Below are positions 47,623-60,565 of a DNA stretch of 64,000 nucleotides, piece by piece. A program made the position numbers and the translations under genes. The notes under the pieces were generated by a model. That model saw only the letters and a program-made list of their open reading frames with translations, searched no databases and was not told the origin of the DNA. Origin of the DNA: Squalus acanthias (Eukaryota); assembly GCA_030390025.1 (NCBI GenBank), contig CM059432.1:70744001-70808000 (forward strand). Reading direction: 5' to 3'. Within the stretch, counting starts at the first letter, position 1. The number at the start of each line of letters is the position of its first letter.

Positions 47623-48747
47623 GGGGGCGATACTGTGTATCAATAAAGTCTGTTCCATATACTCCACTACGAAATCTTGTGCTTACTCGAAATGTGTTGC
47701 TGTGAACCAGAGGAGAAAGGAGGTTATTTAACACAGTATTGCTAAAATGTTAGCAGAATGTTTTGAAAACAAACACGCTTAGGTTTGATTGTTTGGATTC
47801 AGAAGGGCAGATAGATAATTTTCAAATAATATAAGGAATCTTCTAAAGATACTTAAACATTGTGAAACATTTGGCATGGGTTGGGTACCTGCCTCCTGGG
47901 AAGATGGCACGGGGGCAGGATGGGTACCCGCTCCCAGTTTCTGCCATTTTCCCAGCAGTCCTGCCTCCAAACCCACCTCCCCAGAGAAAGCCTTTGAAAA
48001 TGATACAAAGCATCTATGGGGAAATTTTGATTAGTTTATAAAAATGGATAAATGGAACAAAACATTATAGCCTTCAAATTCCCACGCTGGGTCCCGTCTC
48101 CTGGAGGCTGGAAGGGGATTACAGCCACTTAACTGCCTGTTAACAGGTAGTTAACAGACAGTTAAGATGATCATCCCCATTTTTCCAACAGAGTTGCGGG
48201 CTTCCCGACATCGGGAAACCCCGCCAGGGTCTGCGGGGGTGAGAGGGGTCCAAAAGTGCGCTGTGGAGGTGAGTGATGGGTGCAAGTGTGGAGAGCTAAG
48301 TATGTGAGGTGAGTGAAAAGTGTTTAAAAGGTTTAACTTACCTTTGTTTCTTCCTGCAGGCTTCAATCGTTGGGGATCCAGAGGCTCCGGCATCTCCACG
48401 GCAGAGATGACAGAATGGCTGCTGCATTCTCCGATGCAACAGTCATCTGCTTTCTGCTCAGGAAATAGGTTTGGTGAGCCTTGAGTACAAGAACTCACCA
48501 AACAACAGAGACCGTCAGTGTTTGACAGCTTCTCAAAGCTGTCAAACGACGACAATTACATCTGTCAAAAATTGACAGATGAAACGTCATACGCTGAAGT
48601 TCTCCGTCACCGGCTTTCCTGGCGGGCTTAACAAGGTCAATCAAGGGAAAATAGCGTGGGTTGGCCAGACGTTGATGGAGGCGGGACTGAAACCTAACCA
48701 GCAGCAGTCCCGCCTCCAACGCACCCCCATTGGCAAAATCACCCCCC
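47623..48747. mobile_element. Rearranged Harbinger-type MITE (family of 18399-19029) containing templated insertions
   Basis: Right TIR TGGCAAAATCACCCCCC; left stub GGGGGCGAT; 48082-48747 collinear with ~18535-19029; 47879-47983 is an inverted family segment. Confidence 0.8.
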
Positions 48748-48769
48748 TAGTCTACGTGGTTCTGTCCAA

Positions 48770-49900
48770 ACTGTGTGTTAAGGAAGAAGTTTTTTTGGGG
48801 AGACTGTTGTGTAAAAAGGGAACTAACATCTCTCATCTTGCAGACTGAATTGCTCCCTGGAATATTTTGAGGAATGAAAGTCCAATAAGAGTTTAAGTAG
48901 AATGAACAAAAATGTGATTATAACTTGGATTGATTTGGGAACTGTGTTAAATGGTAATGATCATATCATATTGGATGGTAAAGTTTCTCCAGGGCTCATG
49001 AATGAGATGAAATGGTAATATAATGGGAATTTTCCTAAAATCATTTTCCTGGGTGATTACGGGTGAATTTCAGGAACTCAAACGGGGTTAGGAAAAGATG
49101 TGCGAATGCATCCCTGAGTAACGTGATACCTGAAAAGATTTCAATTTGGTATCAAGGTATATTCTATTGAAAGTCAAAAGTGTAGATGAGAATCATTAGT
49201 TGAAAGGTTTCTCTGAGCGGTTTGTGTCTTTGCCTATACTGAACAATGAGAAAATGTATTTGATAGCCTGGCCACTACCCTAGTCAGTGGGACCATGCAG
49301 GGAGAGATGAGAAAAGACCTCTGATCTTAATTTAAAAAGCCCAGGAATGGCTTGTATCTGATGTCAATTGTGATACGATATTGTGTTTGTGCAAATGTGA
49401 TATGTTGTGCATGAGGCAACTAGCACGCGGAAATGTATGGTGAAGATGCACTGAAGAACGGGTCTCAGACCTGCTCAGTTATTTGACAACAGCACGACAT
49501 GAAATGGTTAATGTGGCTCAGGAGTGAGAGACAACTTTTAATCAAGACACGTATACTCCATAGCGAAACTGACCTTTTTAATGAAACAATAGAGTTAAAC
49601 GTACTGGTACTTAGCAGAAGAACTAAAATTAAAGTAAAGAGGGACATAGGATTTGGATTTCTAAATTTCAGGGCTGAATTCCTTTGAGTTAACAATGAAA
49701 TTGGAATAACTGAAAGCTAGTGGGAAATGGTACTTAGCGAGAATATCCACAAGATACATAATGGTACAAGGAGAGTTGGAGAATCTATTAAAGCCATGAG
49801 TACTTGATCATATGGTATACTGTAATGTTCTGTACAATGTTTTATGATATTCTTTGTGTGTATCATGATGTGTACTATTACCCAAGTTAAACTTTGACAA
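48770..49900 (+). pseudogene. Possible env-like remnant
   Basis: Lies just upstream of the PPT and 3' LTR. Cys-rich patch near 49350-49440, NET/NGT sequons, hydrophobic TM-like stretch CFMIFFVCIMMCTI near 49835-49880. Many stops and frameshifts. Confidence 0.4.
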
Positions 49901-51108
49901 GAGTTCGTAGTTTAAAACCCCAACATTAACCGACTGACAGTGTTTATATGATGTAATGCTTACGTTAAAAAAGGAAATCATGAATCATGGGTGAAAGTTT
50001 AAAACACAATTCAGCACCTATGGACTAGAGTTATACTGTATCAACAGTCTACCTCATTATATGAGCATGCATTAGAACAAGAAATAAAAGGTGGTGATAT
50101 GTTAGACATCTTGGGGAGTTAAGGGTTAACAGTCGAACATCTTTATATCTTGGAAAGCCTGTTGCTTTAAGATGCAATCAGGATGACTTTGAAGTGTCGT
50201 GAGGAGAAAGCATAGCTTGTTTTCTGATCTGTAAAGTGCTTGCGTAAGGGAATGAGTGTTAGTAATTACATCACCCATGAGTGGTTTAGTTTTAGGGTAA
50301 TAAAACAGGGGTAGCGAGTCCTTTTGCTAAAGATAACAGTAGGTAAAGGAAGTCTCGTTTAAAGGAAGTGGTTCTGAGGTAAACAATTGCAAACTGTTTA
50401 CATAGATGGTCTGTTTTCAAAGGATTTGGGAAATAGATACATCATTGACATTTTCCTTTGATGTAATCAAAATATGGTGTATAAAGGAGCATGGTTTTCA
50501 ACAGTTTTTCATAGTGTGCTCGAAAGATACAAAAAACAGTAAAGTTACTCTCTGTATACAGTTAAAGGCCAATCACCTTTACTGTGTATCAATAAAGTCT
50601 GTTCCATATACTCCACTACGAAATCTTGTGCTTACTCGAAATGTGTTGTTGTGAACCAGAGGAGAAAGGAGGTTATTTAACACAGTATTGCTAAAATGTT
50701 AGCAGAATGTTTTGAAAACAAACACGCTTAGGTTTGATTGTTTGGATTCAGAAGGGCAGATAGATAATTTTCAAATAATATAAGGAATCTTCTAAAGATA
50801 CTTAAACATTGTGAAACATTTGGCATGTTTACAATCATGTTTTCTTTAAATATTGAGAAAGCCTTTGAAAATGATAAAGCATCTATGGGGAAATTTTGAT
50901 TAGTTTATAAAAATGGATAAATAGAACAAAACATTATAGCCTTCAAATTCCTGTTAGTGAACATTATCATATGAATGCTTAATGTATTTATACTAAATTC
51001 CTCTCACCGGTATTAAATGGTGGCATTAACCTGTTTTGAGTTATCACCCCATGTTAAAATAGCAGAGAGGAATTTGTTACAAAAGTATTAAGCATCTATA
51101 TGATTAAC

Positions 51109-51110
<2 letters not shown>

Positions 51111-51174
<64 letters not shown>
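51111..51174. repeat. (TACA)n/(TA)n/(CA)n microsatellite
   Basis: Directly visible tandem dinucleotide run. Confidence 0.95.
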
Positions 51175-51177
<3 letters not shown>

Positions 51178-51302
51178 GTAAAAATGAGAAGTCTTTTATT
51201 TTCAAATATTATAAAAATTAGGATTTTATATTGAAAATTTATCAACTTGTAAGCTATTGTGGATATAAATTAATAGCCTTAAACTGAATAGAAAAACTAT
51301 TT

Positions 51303-51688
51303 ATAGAATCATTGACATTAATGGCACAGAAGGAGGATATTCAGCCCATCATGTCTGTGCTGGCTGAAAAGTGCTATCCAGCCTAATCCCACTTTCCAGC
51401 TCTTGGTCTGTAACCTTGTAGGTTACGACACTTCAAGTGCATATCCAAGTACTTTTAAATGTGGTGAGTGTTCCTGCCTCTACCACCCTTTCAGGCAATG
51501 AGTTCCGACCCCCACCGCCCTCTGGGTGAACCAATTTCTCCTCAATTCCATTCTAATCCTGCTACCAATTATGCCCCCTGGTTATTGACCTCTCTGCTAA
51601 GGGAAATAGGTCCTTCCTATCCACTCTATCTAGGCCCCTCATAATTTTATACACCTCAATTAAATCTCCCCTCAGCCTCCTCTGTTCA
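51303..51688 (-). mobile_element. CR1 3' fragment
   Basis: Reverse complement of the CR1 ORF2 end and tail (CACAGAAGGAGG...CCCCTCAGCCTCCTCTGTTC on +). Confidence 0.8.
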
Positions 51689-52227
51689 CTATGATTTTCT
51701 ACACAAATGTCAATATTTTCTAATCTCAATGTGGGTAAATATAAATGGCTCTTTCCTGTTTATGATATTTGTCAAGCATTTACATGACCAACAGTTCTAA
51801 ACACTAAGAAATTACTGATGTGTTTATTTTACTCTCAGAGCAAACAGAATGTTTAAAAGATAGCTAAAGAATACTGTTAAAATTTAGCTGAAGTAATAGA
51901 TTAGAGCTACTGTAAAATTCAACCACAGAGTGTATTGCAATTTTATCAGCTGTAAATGCTACAAAATTTTACACTTGCACAATTAGGATTGTTACATGGG
52001 TTGGTGTTGAAAATGTGGTGTCAGTGTTGAAGGGCGTGTGGGAGTGTGCGTGCGCACACAACTACTTGCAAATTAGAACAGATTCATTACTCATACCATT
52101 CCTATCCTTTCAATTACTATTTTTTTTGGATACACTCAAAAATGCATATGTTTTGAAAAGCATTGAAACAGTAAAACATAGGTAAAACAACAAGATACAA
52201 ATGCTGAAGTCATTCAATGAAAATTTT

Positions 52228-52852
52228 GGGGTAGAGTTTCTGCTTTGGGCGCAATTGGTGATCCGGGCGCAAATTGTGCTAGTTTGGAGAAGTTTTTTCC
52301 TCAAGTTGCCGCTCAAGCTCATTAGCATATCACCAAATGTAAAATCTGCCATGAACCAGCGCAATCGGGCATTTTAGAACTTTAAAAAAAATTCTGATAT
52401 ATTTAAGAGTGGTAACTTGGTGCAGTTTGAATAATACAGCTGAAAATGGTTTTCTCTCAAAATGAGCATTTTAATCAGTGTCTAGTCCACCACCTGTGAG
52501 TAACACTATTTTAAATAACCGAAAATGACAAAAAATAAACATTTACTCATTATATTGGTGTACAGTAGTCAGTTTTAGTAAATAAAAATTACATTCAAAA
52601 GCTTTTAAAACATGCCTATTAGTGTCCTTGCGCCTGGAAAAAAACTTAAAAAAATTAAGAGTCTCCTCGAAGGCCTGCAAATGGGCGCAATTAGCAGAAA
52701 CTCGCAATGGTGATTAATTCAATTGGGGAGCGTGAGCGGCTTCTAGCAAGATTTATTAAATAAAACTAGCGTGAAAAATCGCGGAAACTCGATTTGCGTT
52801 GGTTTAGCTGATTTTAAGTGAATTGCACCGAAAAATCCAGCAAAACCTAGCG
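52228..52852. mobile_element. Probable Harbinger-type MITE
   Basis: Starts GGGGTAGAGTTT; CpG-rich ends with repeated GGCGCAAT and an AT-rich core; right TIR poorly defined. Confidence 0.4.
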
Positions 52853-53355
52853 GTTTGAATATATTCACTAATGAATTCAATTACAATGGTTTTGTTTTCT
52901 TTTGCAGAACCTCTACACATTTTATACGTTTAAAACACAATAAAAACAGCAATTAGAAAAATAACAGTACCTTAGAGTCATTCAAAATCTGACAGCAACT
53001 TTTAATCAAATGTCCCATTGTCTCTTGTATCAAAGTGTGCCCCTAAATCCATAAGTGGAACCAATGCACCAGTTTCAGCCTGAATATTTGGTCATCATCA
53101 CTTTGATGAACTTTGTCAAAAATGTATTTCTTTCCTCAATCCAATTTGCTGCAGACTCCTTCAATGTCTGCTGTGAAATGATAATTTAGGTGCATTAGTT
53201 GCAGGCAATTGTTTAGTTTAGAATGAGCCCAAATCTGAAATTTAGAATTGCTGTAAATTATCAAGGATACTGAATTAACAAAACATTAGAGGCAAATATC
53301 CCCAATGTAGCTGTAAAATAGAAATACTTTCTATTCTGTATAGGGTTTTCCATAC

Positions 53356-53597
53356 CTCAGTAGTTTATATTTAGACACAAACGCCTTGGTACAGTCCTCG
53401 TGTGAACACTTGTAGGGTCTTTCTCCGGTGTGTGAATATGAATGCACTTTCAATTTCTCAACACTAGTGAAGATCTTTCCACACAACTGACAAGGAAAGG
53501 ATTTTCTGGATTTGGTTTCACTACGTTTACGTTTTCCTGCTAGAGCCTTCCGAGTATCCTTTACTTCTAAAAGATCACCAGGGATGACAGTGGCCAT
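53356..53597 (-). CDS. PLAG1: PLAG1 first coding exon (whole exon ~53356-53718)
   Basis: [15 protein letters not shown]...GKRKR(NLS)...FPCQLCGK...[13 protein letters not shown]...[11 protein letters not shown]; donor AG|GTATG at 53355; acceptor TTTTATTGTTTATAG at 53719; strong start context GCGATGG. Confidence 0.97.
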
Positions 53598-53691
53598 CGC
53601 AGTCTACAGTAGGCCTAATCTCTGGACACTTGGGTTTTGCCCAGTTGTACTGATAGAAATTGACTTCTGTTTCTTCTTTCTGATGTTTCAT
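53575..53691 (-). other. Upstream overlapping ORF (38 aa) in the PLAG1 leader
   Basis: [38 protein letters not shown]; spans the main ATG out of frame. Translation is not demonstrated. Confidence 0.55.
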
Positions 53692-54029
53692 GTATTCAAC
53701 ACATTTGGCATTTAGAACCTATAAACAATAAAAGTTGTTGAAAGTTTCATAATTCATTTCAGGCAAGATAATGGTGTGACTGAACTTAAGAGCATTCCTT
53801 ACTGCAACAATACTATCTCTATATTACATACTCGGCCCTAATTCTCAGAGCTAAGGCACCACATCTGGAACTATTTTCTAATTATAGACTCATAGCTTAT
53901 TGTAGAATTAACTAAAATTAGTAGAACATAATGCACTTATAATTCTTTATGGATAGTCTTTGAAGGAGACCTAATCCTCTTTCTCCTGTGCACTTTTGTC
54001 TCCAATTATGAAGGTCTAAATGAAGGTCC

Positions 54030-54810
54030 AATTATCAAAATCCACGACAAGACCTTGGACAACGTGGACCACTTGCCATACCTCGGGAGCCTACTGTCAA
54101 CAAGGGCAGACGTCGATGACGAAGTCCAACACCGCCTTCAGTGTGCCAGTGCAGCCTTCGGTCGCCTGAGGAAGAGAGTGTTTGAAGACCAGGACCTCAA
54201 ACCCAGCACCAAGCTCTACAGAGCAGTAGTAATACCCGCCCTCCTGTATGCCTCAGAGACATGGACCATTTACAGCAGGCACCTCAAAGCACTGGAGAGG
54301 TACCACCAACGCTGCCACCGCAAGATCCTACAAATCCATTGGCAGGATAGGCGCACCAATGTCAGTGTTCTCGCTCAGGCCAACATCCCCAGCATCGAAG
54401 CTTTGACCACGCTCGATCAGCTCCGATGGACGGGGCACATCGTCTGCATGCCCGATACGGGACTCCCAAAACAAGAGCTCTACTCGGAGCTCTGACACGG
54501 CAAGAGAGCCCCAGGTGGGCAGAAAAAACGCTTCAAGGACACCCTCAAAGCTTCCCCACCGACACCTGGGAATCCCTGGCCCAAGACCACACAAAGTGGA
54601 GGAGAAGCATCCGGGAAGGCGCCGAACACCTCGAGTCTCTTCGCCAGGAGCAAGCGCAAGCACCCCACCCACCCGCCCCTTCAACCACCGTCTGCCCCAC
54701 CTGTGACAGAGACTGTAGGTCCCGCATTGGATTCATCAGTCACCTGAGAACTCATTTTTAGTGTGGAAGCAAGTCATCCTCGGTTCCGAGGGACTGCCTA
54801 AGAGAAGAGA
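54030..54810 (+). mobile_element. RTE-clade (BovB-like) LINE 3' fragment
   Basis: FPYLGS-like LPYLGS, ASAAFGRLRKRVF, LLYASETWT, QLRWTGHIV, C-terminal CPTC...SRIGFISHLRTH zinc motif, AG-rich tail. Confidence 0.9.
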
Positions 54811-54884
54811 TCTTAATCTGCTGCAGCATCTTGCTCCAATATCAACAGCATTTGTACATAATCAGTGTATCATTTAAACCATGG

Positions 54885-55780
54885 ATGTTTATAGCACAGA
54901 AGGACACCATTCGGTCTATTGTGCCTCTGCAAGACCAATCCAAAACTAATCCCACTGCCCCACTTTATATCTTCCTCTGCTTCAAAATATTTATTGAAAG
55001 TTCCATTAAAAGATGCAATGGTCTCTGCCTCACTTTCTGTGACAAAGCATCCATTCTCTAACAACCCTCCTGCATACTTTTCCGAACTGCTCTCCTCACG
55101 CTGTGACCGACTTAAATTGATGACCCTCGTCACTAACTCCCCAACCTGAAGATTTGTCTTTCTCTATTCACTCTATCATAGTGCATAGACCCTTCATAGA
55201 TTTAAAAACCTCTATTAAATCTGTTAGTCTTCTCCATAAATAGTCCCAGTATCTCAAGTCTCTCCTCATAACTATAGTTCTCATCCCAGATATCATCCTA
55301 GTGAATCTACAATGTATGCTCTCTCTGGCGCTGTCCTTTTTATAATGGAGCATTCAAAGCTGCACACAATACTCTTAACTGTTGCCTAATCAAAGTTTTG
55401 CATAAATTCATTACTTCCTTGTTGTTGTACTCTATGCTCTTATTTATAAAACTCAAAATTCTATGGCCTTTTTGTAGCTTTATCTACTTGCATTTTCAGG
55501 CAATTATGTATTTGAACTCTTGTTCATCTGTCCACTCTCTATTTAGCCACACCCTTCAATGTCATTGTTTAATTGTATATTCTATTCCTCATTTTTTCTC
55601 CCAGAATGTCTTACCTCATATGTATCCTCATTAAATTGCATCTTCCACCTATCTGCCCATTCTGCTAACCTGTGTTTTCCTGGAGGCTTTTACAGTCCCC
55701 TTCATTATTTGCCAAGCCTCCTACTTTTGTGCCATCAGAAAATTGAGATTGTGTTTCTTACACCCAAGTCCAAATCATCT
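54885..55780 (-). mobile_element. Old CR1 fragment
   Basis: Remnant RFTRMISGMR...DLIEVFK on the minus strand; heavily decayed. Confidence 0.6.
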
Positions 55781-56920
55781 ATAAATCATCTACATGTAAA
55801 TGCCAACCCTATTACTGTTTATATTTGTTCACTCCATGTATTAGATTCCCTTAATGGTTTTTCTTTAAGATTATTTGTAAAAGGTTAACCATGTGCAAGG
55901 AAAATGATTTTATTTGAAACACTGTCACTTTTGGTGTGGGTGGTAAACTGGCGGTTGTGGATGAACCGCACGGTATATGCCTTGCCCAATTTTCTTTCTC
56001 TCAATGGAACTGAAAAATTTGGGTGGGGTGTATAACATGTAACCAATGTCAGTTTACTGAAAGTGAAAATCGGCTGCACTGTTTTCAAATGCATTCCAAG
56101 AATTATTGAGTTTTCAATATAATGTTACCCAAAAACTGGAGTAATATTCACAAAGATTCCCCATTATTAATAGAGGTTGGCTAAATTAGCCAGCGTGTTA
56201 CAATTAACTATATGGACATGCAAATGATGAAGTCAAAAATGTAACAAAAGATATTGCGAGTTTGCTTTTTCTGTAATTAGATTACGGGGCGGGGGAGAGA
56301 AGTTTACCTGCTCAAATGTTTTTCTTCCGAGTTCTACTCATTGTGAAAATATCACTTTCCACAGTAGGACTCAGGTTCAGGCTCATCAAGTTTGTGCAGT
56401 CACTCTTTGCCCCAGTTTCTGCAAATCACGAATCTAGAACCTAGGGGCAAAAATCAGAAATTGGTGTCACAAGTGCACAAACCAAGTATTCTTGAAATTT
56501 ACCTATACTAAAGAAAATAACTAAAATTTGGATAATTTTACAATAGGACTGGGGAGAAAAAGTTTTCGCAGGTTAGTTTCTTTGGCTCTTACAAGTCAGG
56601 AAAAAAATGAACCAAGTGGCAATGAAGAGCACTGTAGAATTTTGAAAACTACATAAAAAATAACACTGCTAATTAGAAAGCAAGAACTTGAATGTAAAAT
56701 AGGACCTCATCACATTTCTCAAAAACCCAAAGTGATTTACACAGAATGTATTATATTGTGTAATTACTGTTGTTGGCAAATTAGGGCTTTATATTGGCTT
56801 TTGTGATATGTTAAACAAGATTTTCTAAAATAATCTACTGTTTGAAAATGTGTAATTTAAAAATGATGCAGTATTTTTAAAGTTACTGGTGTGGTAATTC
56901 TTTATTCAAGAGCAGTTATA

Positions 56921-57020
56921 GCAACAACTTGCATTTATATAGCATCTTTAACATAGTCAAAACATCCTAAGGTGCTTCACAGGAGCGTTATCAGACAGAA
57001 TTTGACATTAGCATCATAAC
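56921..57020 (-). mobile_element. L2 tail fragment
   Basis: CAACAACTTGCATTTATATAGCATCTTTAAC...AAGGTGCTTCACAGG as at 3573 and 8774. Confidence 0.65.
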
Positions 57021-57030
57021 AAGTCTTTAT

Positions 57031-60000
57031 CTAGAATCATAGAATGATACAGCACAGAAGGCAGCTATTCCGCCCATCGTGTCTGTGCTGGCTCTTTGGT
57101 AGAGCTATCCAATGAATCCCATTCCCTTACTCTTTCCCCTAATTTTTTTTTCATTCAAGTATTTATCCAATTCTCTTTTGAATATTACGATGGAATCTGT
57201 TTCCACCACCCTTTCAGGCAGTGCATTCCAGATCACAACAACTCGATGTGTAAAAAAAAAAAGTTTCCTCATGTCGTCTCTGGTTCTTTTGCCAATCACC
57301 TTAAATCCGTGTCCTCTGATTACCGACCCTTCTACCACTGGAAACAGTTTCTCCTTATTTACTCTATCAAAACTATTCATGATTTTGAACACCTCTGCCA
57401 AGTCTCCTCTTAAACTTCTCTGCTCCAAGGAGAACAACCCCAGCTCTCCACATAACTGAAGTCCCTCATCCCTGGTACCATTCCAGTAAATCTCTTCTGT
57501 ACCCTCTCCAAGGCCTTGGCATCTTTCCTAAAGTGCGGTGTCCATAGTTGAACACAATACTTCAGCTGAGGCCTAACCAGTGTTTTATAAAAGGTTTAGC
57601 ATAAGTTCTTGGCTTTTGTAGTCTATTCCTCTATTAATAAAGCCAAGGATCCCATCTGCTTTTTTAACAGCCTTTTCAACTTGTCCTGCCACCTTCAATG
57701 ATTTGTGTACATACACCCCCAGGTCTCGCTCTTCCTGCACCCCCTTTAAAATTGTACCATTTAATTCATATTGCAGGCCTCTCATTCTTCCTACCAAAAT
57801 GTATCACTTCACACTTGTAAGAGCTTACAGGAGTAGGCCATATGGCCCCTCTAGCCTGCTCCGCCATTCAATAAGATCATGTGGATTTTCTACATCAACT
57901 CCACTTTCCTGCCCTATCCTCATCCCTTAAGTGCCCAAAAATCTATCGATCTCAGTCTTGAATATACTCAACGACTAAGCATCCACCGCCCTCTGGGGTA
58001 GAAGGTTCTTGCATTAAATTTCATCTGCCATGTGTCTTCCCATTTCACCAGTCTGTCTATGTCTTCCTGAAGCCTGTTACTATCCTCCTCATTGTTTACG
58101 ACATTTCCGAGTTTCATATCATCTGCAAACTTTGAAATTATGCTCTGTATACCCAAGTCCAGGTCCTTAATATATATAAAAAAGAGCAGTGGCTCGAATA
58201 CCGACCCCTGGGGAACACTACTGCATACCTCCCTCCAGGCTGAAAAACAACCGTTCACTACTACTCTCTGCTTTCTGTAGCTTAGCCAATTTTGTATCAA
58301 TGCTGCCACTGTCCCTTTAATCTCATGGGCTTTACTTTTGCTAACAAGTCTATTATGTGGTACTTTGTCAAACACCTTTTGAAAGTCCATATACACAACA
58401 TCAGCAGCACTACCCTCTCCTTTACTTCATTAAAGAACTCGATCAAGTTAGTCAAACATTATTTGTCTTTAACAAATAAATGTTGCTTTTCATTGATTAC
58501 CCCATAGTTTTCCAAATGCCAGTTAATTTTGTCCTGGATTATTGTCTCTAAAATGTTTACCACTGACATTAGACTGACTGGCCTGTAGTTGCCGGGTTTA
58601 TCCCTCTACCTTTTTTAAACAGGGGTGAACATTTGCAATCCTCCGGCACCACCCCCACATCCAAGGAGGATTGGAAGATTGTGGTCCGAGCCTCTGCAAT
58701 TTCCACCCTTACTTCTCTCAGTAACCTAGGATGCATCCTATCCGGACCGGGTACCTTTTCTACTTTGTGGACTGCCAACTTTAAGTACCTCCTCTATCTA
58801 TTTTTAATCCTATCCAATATCGCTACTGCCTTCTCCTTTAGTGCTACAGTAGTGAAGACAGATGCAAAGTACTCATTTAGTACCTCAGCCATGCACTCTG
58901 CCATCACAAGAATATCGGCTCCATAGAATCATAGAAGATAGGAGCAGGAGTAGGCCATTCGGCCCCTCTAGCCTGCTCCGCCATTCAATGCGATCATGGC
59001 TGATCATCCAAATTCAGTACCCTGTCCCTGCTTTCTCCCCATATCCCTTGATCCCTTTAGCCTTAAGAAATATATCCAACTCCTTCTTGAATCTATTTAA
59101 TGAATTGGCCTCTACTGCCTTCTGTGGCAGAGAATTCCACAGGTTCATCACTCTCTGGGTGAAGAAATTCCTCCTCATTTCTGTCTTAAATGGCTTACCC
59201 CTTATCCTTAGACTGTGACCCCGGGTTCTGGACTCCCCGACCATCGGGAACATCCTTCCTGCATCTAGTTTGTCCTGTCCTGTCAGAATTTTATAAGTTT
59301 CAATGAGATCCCCTCTCATTCTTCTAAACTCCAGCGAGTATAAGCCCAATCGACCCAATCTCTCTTCATATGTCATTCCTGCCATCCCAGGTATCAGCCT
59401 TGTGAATCTTCGCTGAACTCCTTCCATGGCAAGAACATCCTTTCTCAAATAAGGCGACCAAAACTGCACACACTACTCAAGGTGTGGTCTCACAAAGGCC
59501 CTGTACAACTGCAGCAAGACATCCTTGTTCCTGTACTCAAACCCTCTCGCTATGAAGGCCAACATACCATTTGCCTTCTTAACCGCCTGCTGCACCTGCA
59601 TGCTTACCTTCAGCGACTGGTGCACAAGGACACCCAGGTCTCACTGCACTTCCCCTTCTCCCAATCTATTGCCATTCAGATAATAATCTGCCTTTCTGTT
59701 TTTGACACCAAAGTGGATAACCTCGCATTTATCCACGTTATATTGCATCTGCCACGCTTCTGCCCAATCACCCAACCTGTCCAAATCATCCTGGAGTTTC
59801 TCGGCATCCTCCTTGCAGCACACACGCCCACCCAGTTTTGTGTCGTCTGCAAACTTGGAGATATTACATCTAGTTCCCTTGTCTAGATCATTAATATATA
59901 TTGTGAATAGCTGGGGTCCAAGGACCGATCCCTGCGGTACCCCACTAGTCACTGCCTTCCACTCGGAAAAAGACCCGTTTATTGCAACTCTTTGCTTTCT

Positions 60001-60565
60001 GTCTGCCAACCAGTTCTCTATCCAAGTCAATACCTTGCCCCCAATCCACCCTCCCTTTGACTACCCTTTTACTATTTATATGTTTATAAAAGACTTTTGG
60101 GTTCTCTTATGTTGGCCGCTAATCTATTCTCATACTCTCACTTTACCCCTCTTATTCCCTTTTTTAGATCTCTATATTTTCTATATTCAGCTTGGTTCTC
60201 TACTACATGATGAACCTGAAAATCATCAGAAGCCTCCGTTTTCTCTCATTTTAACTTTAGTCATCCAGGGAGCTCTAGCTTTGGATGTCCTTCCTTTCTC
60301 CCTCATGGGAATGTGTCTACTCTGTACCTGAACCATCTCCTCTTTGAAGGCCTCCCATTGTTCACATACAGTTTTGCTTACCAATTTTTGATTCCAATCC
60401 ACCTGGGCCAGATCCCTTTTCAACTCACGGAAGTTAGCCCTCCTCCAGTTAAGTATTTTTACACTTTATTTGACCCTTGTCTCTTTGTATAACTATTCTA
60501 AACCTGGTGATATTATGATCACTGTTCCCCAAATGCTCTCCCACTGAAACATGCTTCACTTGCCA
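57031..60565 (-). mobile_element. CR1 LINE with nested younger CR1 fragments (~57818-58004 and ~58923-60046)
   Basis: Minus ORFs with YMDFQKVFD, FADD, GVPQGSVLGP, RRMRGDLIE; three separate CR1 tails near 57031, 57818 and 58923. Confidence 0.88.

Larger units (their letters stand above)
40330..50682 (+). mobile_element. Decayed LTR/ERV-like element lacking recognisable pol, antisense within the last PLAG1 intron
   Basis: 5' LTR ~40330-42109 (split by a Penelope insertion, with a ~200-bp deletion). 3' LTR 50100-50682 (TG...CA). PBS-like TGGTGCCATGAACTCG at 42112. Purine-rich tract before 50100. TSD imperfect (CAG/CAGT). Confidence 0.8.

Noticed and set aside
47632..47733. A third LTR or second proviral insertion
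   Set aside because: It is followed by the same host flank as the 3' LTR (50683 onward), so it is a local copy and not an independent integration.
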